A stretch of DNA of 64,000 bases, taken from assembly GCA_951406725.2 (NCBI GenBank), contig OX597826.1:37944001-38008000 (forward strand), in the 5' to 3' direction. The notes below the pieces were generated by a model that saw only the letters and a list, made by a program, of their open reading frames with translations, did no database searches and had not been told where the DNA came from. Below, one piece after another: positions 57,931 through 64,000 of the stretch (position 1 is its first letter; the number at the start of each line of letters is the position of its first letter). Both the position numbers and the translations under genes were made by a program. The DNA is from Octopus vulgaris. Lineage: Eukaryota.

Positions 57931-58227
57931 CATTTGTTAACCATATTTCTGCTAAAACATGCTCTTTCGATTTATTTTGAAAATATTTAGGAATTTAGTC
58001 ACTGTTGAAAACACACCGTCTTTGTTTCAATAAATTTTGAGAAAAATGGAAAATTTAGTAAAATTACTTTATCATCATTAAGCTTGTGTTTAGAAAATTT
58101 TTTGATGGAAGGTTTTATTTTAAATCATTTTAACCTTTTCATGACCGTATTTTTTTAGATGATCTGTGTTTCTTTCAATCAATTTTAAATATATTAAAGA
58201 ATTTAGTAAAATAACTTAGTTATTTTA

Positions 58228-58620
58228 GGCATAGGAGTGGCTGTGTGGTAAGTAGCTTGCTTACCAACCACATGGTTCCAGGTTCAGTCCCACTGCGTGG
58301 GACCTTGGGCAAGTGTCTTCTACTATAGCCTCGGGCCGACCAAAGCCTTATGAGTGGATTTGGTAGATGGAAACTGAAAGCCCGTCGTATATATGTATGT
58401 GTGTATATATATGTGTGTGTTTGTGTGTCTGTGTTTGTCCCCCACCAACATTGCTTGACAACCGATGGTGGTATGTTTACATCGCCGTAACATAGCTGTT
58501 TGGCAAAAGACACTGATAGAATAAGAACTAGGCTTACAAAGAATATGTCCTGGGGTCGATTTGCTCGACTAAAGGCGGTGCTCCAGCATGGCCACAGTCA
58601 AATTACTGAAACAAGTAAAA
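58228..58620 (+). mobile_element. Full-length tRNA-derived SINE family B (CORE-like GACCTTGGGCAAGT motif)
   Basis: A-box TGGCTGTGTGG, B-box GGTTCAGTCCC, CORE-like ACCTTGGGCAAGTG, an internal microsatellite, and the tail GGCGGTGCTCCAGCATGGCCACAGTC..ACTGAAACAAGTAAAA. Confidence 0.92.
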
Positions 58621-58709
58621 TAATATAAATAATATATAGATATATGCATATATACATACATATATGTACATACCTACATATACATGTACATATATATACG
58701 TGCATATAT

Positions 58710-58878
58710 GGGTACAGGACACAAAAAAAATGTTGAACACAATGAGAAACGAAAACGTAAAAACAAAACCATGGAAACGAACTTGTTTTCAAACAACGAA
58801 GAAACGAGACATACAACACAAGGAATATTCCCCTTCTTCAGTTGTCCCTGTTTCGTCTACTCCGCGTTTCAAAGGTAA
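58710..58878 (-). mobile_element. Penelope-like non-coding fragment related to the 40093 element
   Basis: The minus strand reads CCTTT-GAAAC-GCGGA-GTA-GACGAAACAGGGACAA-CTGAAGA-AGGGG, and the terminus abuts a TA-rich tract. Confidence 0.55.
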
Positions 58879-59500
58879 GAGAACAGAAAATGGAGAAATA
58901 CTGATGAACAGCAATTGACTTACATCAATTATTATTTATTTATTCAATGCAAATAGACTGCATCTTATCTAACAGCTGTTTCTGCTTCCAGTGTTCTATG
59001 GTACTGCCAAAAGGTAGCCCATAACTATGCAGGAGACATACTTCACTCCATGAAGTATTTTCAAAATACCTACATACCCAAGTTTGGTCCATATAAACAT
59101 GGAAAAGAGGACTTTAAACAATGATAATGGTGATGAACCAAAGGTATTTTCAGGTAAGTTGGTTTCAAAAGGGTCAAATTAAATTTAAACGAAGAAAATC
59201 AATATCTTAACATGATCTGACTTAAAATTCTACATCTCAGTGGCATTGCTTTGATATAACATTTTCCTAGGCCTCTAAAACTACGACGAAATTTTTTTGA
59301 GGCAGATTTTCTACAGCTCGTTGCACTTTCTGTTGTCAGTTCTTGCCTGCTTCCAAGCAAGAAAATATTTTTCATAGTCCTTCATACAGCACAAATGTGC
59401 TGGACATGTTTACAAAGAAGACTGCAAACAAATGACATTGCTTGAATGAAAATGACATTTATTTACGGTTTTAACATGCAATGTTGAGAGGAGAGACAAA

Positions 59501-59607
<107 letters not shown>

Positions 59608-59737
59608 TATCCTTGTCATCAGATTCTACTGGTTTTCAAGTGGGAGTTATAATTTTCCAGACTCTTGAACAAAGATCCTGGACATGTCCTGTCTGGGTTG
59701 TGAGTTACTGGAAACAGACACCATCAGGAACCGGCAA

Positions 59738-60012
59738 TCATCATCATCAGCATTTAACATCCGTCTTCCATGCTGACATGGGTTGGATGGCTTGGCTATC
59801 CTCTCCTCTCCATGCCACCGATGTTATCCAAGGGAAAGGCTGATCCAGCTTGGCACCTGTGACATCGCAACTCATTTTTACAGCTGAGTGAACTGCAGCA
59901 ACATGAAATAAAGTGTCTTGTTCAAGAACACAACACAACCTGGTCCAAGAATTGATCTCACTCACTCATGATTGCGAGACCAACACTCTAACCACTGAGC
60001 CATGTGCCTTCA
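59738..60012 (-). mobile_element. tRNA-derived SINE family D (CORE-like middle, RTE-like tail)
   Basis: Head at the right end, middle shared with 9528-9600, and tail CCAACCCATGTCAGCATGGAAGACGGATGTTAAATGCTGATGATGA. Confidence 0.75.
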
Positions 60013-60020
60013 GATATACA

Positions 60021-60128
60021 TCTCTCTTACTCTTTTACTTGTTTCAGTCATCTGACCGCGGCCATGCTGGAGCACCGCCTTCGGTCGAGCAAATCGACCC
60101 CGGGACCCACTCCTTGTAAGCCCAGCAC
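60021..60128 (-). mobile_element. SINE family B 3' tail
   Basis: TTTTACTTGTTTCAGTCATCTGACCGCGGCCATGCTGGAGCACCGCC..GTCGAGCAAATCGACCCC. Confidence 0.85.
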
Positions 60129-60667
60129 CATACGCATACGTTTATTAGTAAACTAATCTGGCACCTTAAATACTGTATCAAACTTTTTGCTTTAGATTAG
60201 AAAATTTTATCTCGATCATTCCCCTATGACAAAGAGAAATCTTTTTGTCCTCTCTGTACGGAAGAGCAATTTTCTATCCTCTTTTCCAAACATAAACTGG
60301 TGAACACGTTTACGGAGCGAGTTTACAGGAGTTCACTTTGGAAAAGACACTCTTTCGCTTTTTTTAAACAGTACCCACCCCGTACCTAATAATTTCTGCG
60401 AATTACCTTTTCATTATTCTTAATTCTCACTTGTATTTTGAATGCGTCCATCGAAACATATGTCGATAATATAAAGGTATAAATGATTTAATAACATCTT
60501 GAGCGTTTATCTCCATTTTAATTTTTTCTTATTTTCTCCTAAATACGTCTCGCTTCTCCCCGGAATCAAATCCCACTCAAGTGGGACCATTGTTTCCTAA
60601 GACTCTTAAGCAACATTTACCTACCTAGTAATTATTCCCCTGGATCTTTTCTTTAAATTGTACACTA

Positions 60668-60748
<81 letters not shown>

Positions 60749-60776
60749 GCTGTATGTGTATGTCTGTATGACTAAA

Positions 60777-60993
60777 TATTAGTTTCAAATTTTGGTACAA
60801 GGCCCAGCAATTTTAGGGAAGGTGTCAGTTGAATACATTGGCCCCATTGTTCAACTGCTACTTATTTTATCGACCCCGGAAAAGATGAAAGGCAAAGTCG
60901 ACCTCAGTGGAATTTGAACCCAGAACGTAAAGACGGACAAAATGCCGCTAAGCATCTTGCCCAACATGCTAACGATTCTGTTAGCTCGCCGCC
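60777..60993 (-). mobile_element. Full-length SINE family A
   Basis: Reverse complement of the family A head, core and tail. Confidence 0.9.
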
Positions 60994-61473
60994 TTTGCGT
61001 GTGTAAATACTACCACTTGACTGAGGCAACATTAGTTACCGGCATAAGTGATTGCATATAATTTTCTCTTAAACACCGAACACATTTCACTAATATAAAT
61101 ATATTTTTTACAGAAATTACTTTCAGCGTCGGCAAGCTATTTAAGTGTCTCTTCTAATAATCATTAAGTTACATTGCACAATTGTCAAAATAAAATCCTC
61201 TTGTCACTCTAATGTATTTAGTGACATTCAGATAAGTGGAGAGTTTATGTTTTCCTGTCAGATTTGGTTGCAAAATAAAGCAATTAGAAAGAAATACTTC
61301 TCTTCTTTCTTCTTTTTAATCGTTACGAAAAATACAAAACGCCAACATATTTCTATATTTCTCTGTTTTATTTTCTATCCAGACGGTTCTGTTGTTAACA
61401 ATACTTCTACTTAAATTGAATAGTAACTCCAAGTATACATACATATATCCATGTACCTATGTATGTATGTATG

Positions 61474-61504
<31 letters not shown>

Positions 61505-61562
61505 GTATGTATGTATGTATGTATGTTTGTATGTATGTATGTATGTGTGCGTATATATATAT

Positions 61563-62087
61563 ATCTCTCTCTTCTCTCTCTTCTCCCATCTGTCTTGATA
61601 GACAATGGGTCGCGCCAAGGGTGGGGCCTACTTTGATGATGAGCAGCGTCTGCTGTGACTGAAGAGTCCAATTCTAGAGTGGCAGTCCCTGGTACAGTTG
61701 CTGCACACGAACATCGATTGGTACGTGTGGGGTGTTGCTGCAGTTGTCCTCCTCCTGTCCCGCCTGTCCGACCACAGCTGTGCTCTCCTTTCCTCAGCCA
61801 TGGAAACGCCTTTCCTCACTGTCCGACGCCAGGCAGAGCGGTCAGCAGCTGTTACCACCCACGTGTCCACACAGATGTTGGCAGTCCTCAGGTCGCGCTT
61901 GCACACATCCCTGTATCGTAGCTGTGGACGTCCCTTGGGTCGGGATCCCGTGGTGAGTTCGCTGTACAGGATGTCTTTAGGCATGCGACCGTCCTGCATG
62001 CGGCAGACGTGTCCGAGCCAGCGCAGTCGTCTCCGCACGAGGAGGGCATGTATGCTTGGCATATTAGTCTGTTCTAGGATGACTCCG
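61563..62087 (-). mobile_element. 5'-truncated RTE (BovB-like) LINE 3' end, frame intact
   Basis: ORF 61628-62062 reads RRRLRWLGHVCRMQDGRMPKDILYSEL..GSRPKGRPQLRYRDVCKRDL..W...AADRSAWR..FVCSNCTRDCHSRIGLFSHSRRC (terminal zinc finger). It is followed by the 3' stem-loop CCCATTGTCT-ATCA-AGACAGATGGG and a (GA)n tail. Confidence 0.95.
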
Positions 62088-62246
62088 AATATATATATAT
62101 ATTTATAGAATACGAATGAGGACCTTCAGAGGATGCTTGCACATCAAGTTCTACCTCCTATATAAGGGAGAATATAGTGAAATAACCACAGAACTTCAAC
62201 ACCCAACCAATACGCTAAGTAAATCAACAGCTAAATAAATAAATTC

Positions 62247-62283
<37 letters not shown>

Positions 62284-62339
62284 CCGATATCCATGGCATT
62301 CTACAAATTTTATACAGCAATGATAACAGACTGACGCAC

Positions 62340-62400
62340 GGCGGTGCCCCAGCATGGCCACAGTCTCAGAGTTGAAACATAGAAAAGAATAAAAGTATAG
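62340..62400 (+). mobile_element. Isolated SINE-B/CR1-like 3' tail
   Basis: GGCGGTGCCCCAGCATGGCCACAGTCTCAGAGTTGAAAC followed by an A-rich tail. Confidence 0.7.
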
Positions 62401-62504
62401 AAGAATACAAAGGATGCCAGACTAACTGCATAAGAACGTGCGCGCACGTACCTTAAACAAGCATAGGGCCACTAGCCAGCCCATCAATATTTTAATAGGG
62501 TTAA

Positions 62505-62733
62505 GGCGGCGAGCTGGCAGAATCGTTTGCACGCCAGGCGAAATGCGTAGGCGTATTTCGTCTGCTGTTACGTTCTGAGTTCAAATTCCGCCGAGGTCAA
62601 GTTTGCCTTTCATCCTTTCGGGGGTCGATAAATTAAGCACCAGTTACGCACTGGGGTCGATGTAATCGACTTAATCCGTTCGTCTGTCCTTGTTTGTCCC
62701 CTCTGTGTTTAGCCCCTTGTGGGTAGTAAAGAA
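62505..62733 (+). mobile_element. Full-length SINE family A
   Basis: Nearly identical to 22271-22490. Confidence 0.93.
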
Positions 62734-63489
62734 TCAGAAAGTCGCGCGAATCAGAAAGTCACACAGATACAATTTCCTTTAGAAAACACAGGACGGATTG
62801 TTGCAACCATACAGAGCTCTTGTATTAACGACTGTGAGACATTGTTAAAGAAAGTGTGTGTTTGGAGGAGAGAGAGGAGGGGGAAAGAAAGAAAGAAAGA
62901 AAGAAAGACGATAGACCAGTAATGACTTTTAATTACACGCACAGACGCACACACTCACACTCACACACACATAAGGAGACTATAATTCCGCTATATACAG
63001 ATCTTCCATTAATGGCTGTGACATATCATTTCCTCTCTCTTTGTCTTTCTCTCTTTCTCTTTCTCTCTTTCTCTTTCTCTCTTTCTCTCCCTCTCTTACA
63101 GACAGACCGGAAATAAATTCTAATTCAATATCAACCAAGTGACAAATGGTGTATAATTACATTTTCCAATTAAGCCACAAAATAAATATGTCATTTACTG
63201 TAACTAAACTGTGTTTAACAGACATATCTGTGAACAATAGCGCCGTTGGTTATAGATTCCTAATAGGCCAATCACTGCTTCACTATATTTAACAGCAGGC
63301 GTAACAAAGGAGCGTCTGCGCAACACATGCAGAACAGTTATCACGAGGGACATTGCTTGAAAGCACCTGCTTAATGATTTTCCAGTAGACATTTACGTCA
63401 ATCTCCAATATCTGTTTCCGAAATATATATATATTTCTCATATGTATGTATATATGTATGTACGTATGTATGTATGTGTGTGTGTGCGT

Positions 63490-63565
<76 letters not shown>

Positions 63566-63806
63566 AGAGTGTTCGAACTAAATTTGACGTTATTTTATGT
63601 CCCCCGTTTTTTTTTGGGGGGGGTTTCAGAAGCAGTTTCGTGTATTGATAGAGTGTCAGCGGCTTTGGTTAACTGACGTGGAGGACGGACTGGAAACTAT
63701 GTGGAAGCATCTGAACATTGGAGAAGAGTTATCGTATCATAGTGATTCGTGCTGGGTATCAAAGCGCCGACATCATGATGCTGCTCAATGCTCCGTGGAC
63801 ATGGTA

Positions 63807-64000
63807 ATCATCATCATTGTTCGACCGTGGTCGAGATAATGGAATTTACTATGTTACGCCAGACTTCATCATAGCATTACAGAGGTCCTGTTGCTGGATG
63901 CCTGTATCCCTGGAGATTACATCAGGGTAGGAGAGTGTGCGCCCTCTGGTATTGCGAGCAGTTGGCTTCCAGAGGAGAAGAGTAGAAATTACCTCGTTTT
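63807..64000 (-). mobile_element. RTE-like LINE 3' end (runs off the window)
   Basis: The minus strand reads NEVISTLLLWKPTARNTRGRTLSYPDVISRDTGIQQQDL..., followed by a (TGA)n tail. Same family as 12619-12738. Confidence 0.85.

Noticed and set aside
63260-63295. CCAAT plus TATA-like motif as a promoter
   Set aside because: The spacing is too short, such motifs are common in AT-rich DNA, and no gene is associated.

Overview
This is AT-rich, microsatellite-saturated eukaryotic non-coding DNA, probably intronic or intergenic. The SINE repertoire resembles what I recall for Octopus or another coleoid cephalopod (inference, not verified). No host protein-coding gene can be supported, and almost all ORFs in the track are translations of simple repeats. 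The recognisable content is transposon debris: (1) several tRNA-derived SINE families with mix-and-match central and tail modules; (2) LINE fragments of three kinds (R4/Dong-like restriction-like-endonuclease, RTE and CR1-like); (3) an internally deleted mariner; (4) two Tigger/pogo-like MITEs; and (5) a non-autonomous Helitron. The most notable signal is a set of short non-coding inserts, mostly embedded in (TA)n/(TAA)n tracts and often carrying inverted repeats, that contain hammerhead-ribozyme cores of the kind known from Penelope-like elements and retrozymes. Three cores are complete type I (about 8.3, 20.5 and 56.8 kb), two are 3' halves (57.2 and 59.0 kb), and two have the motifs in permuted order (40.2 and 58.8 kb). 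One tRNA-headed SINE appears to carry a Penelope-like tail.
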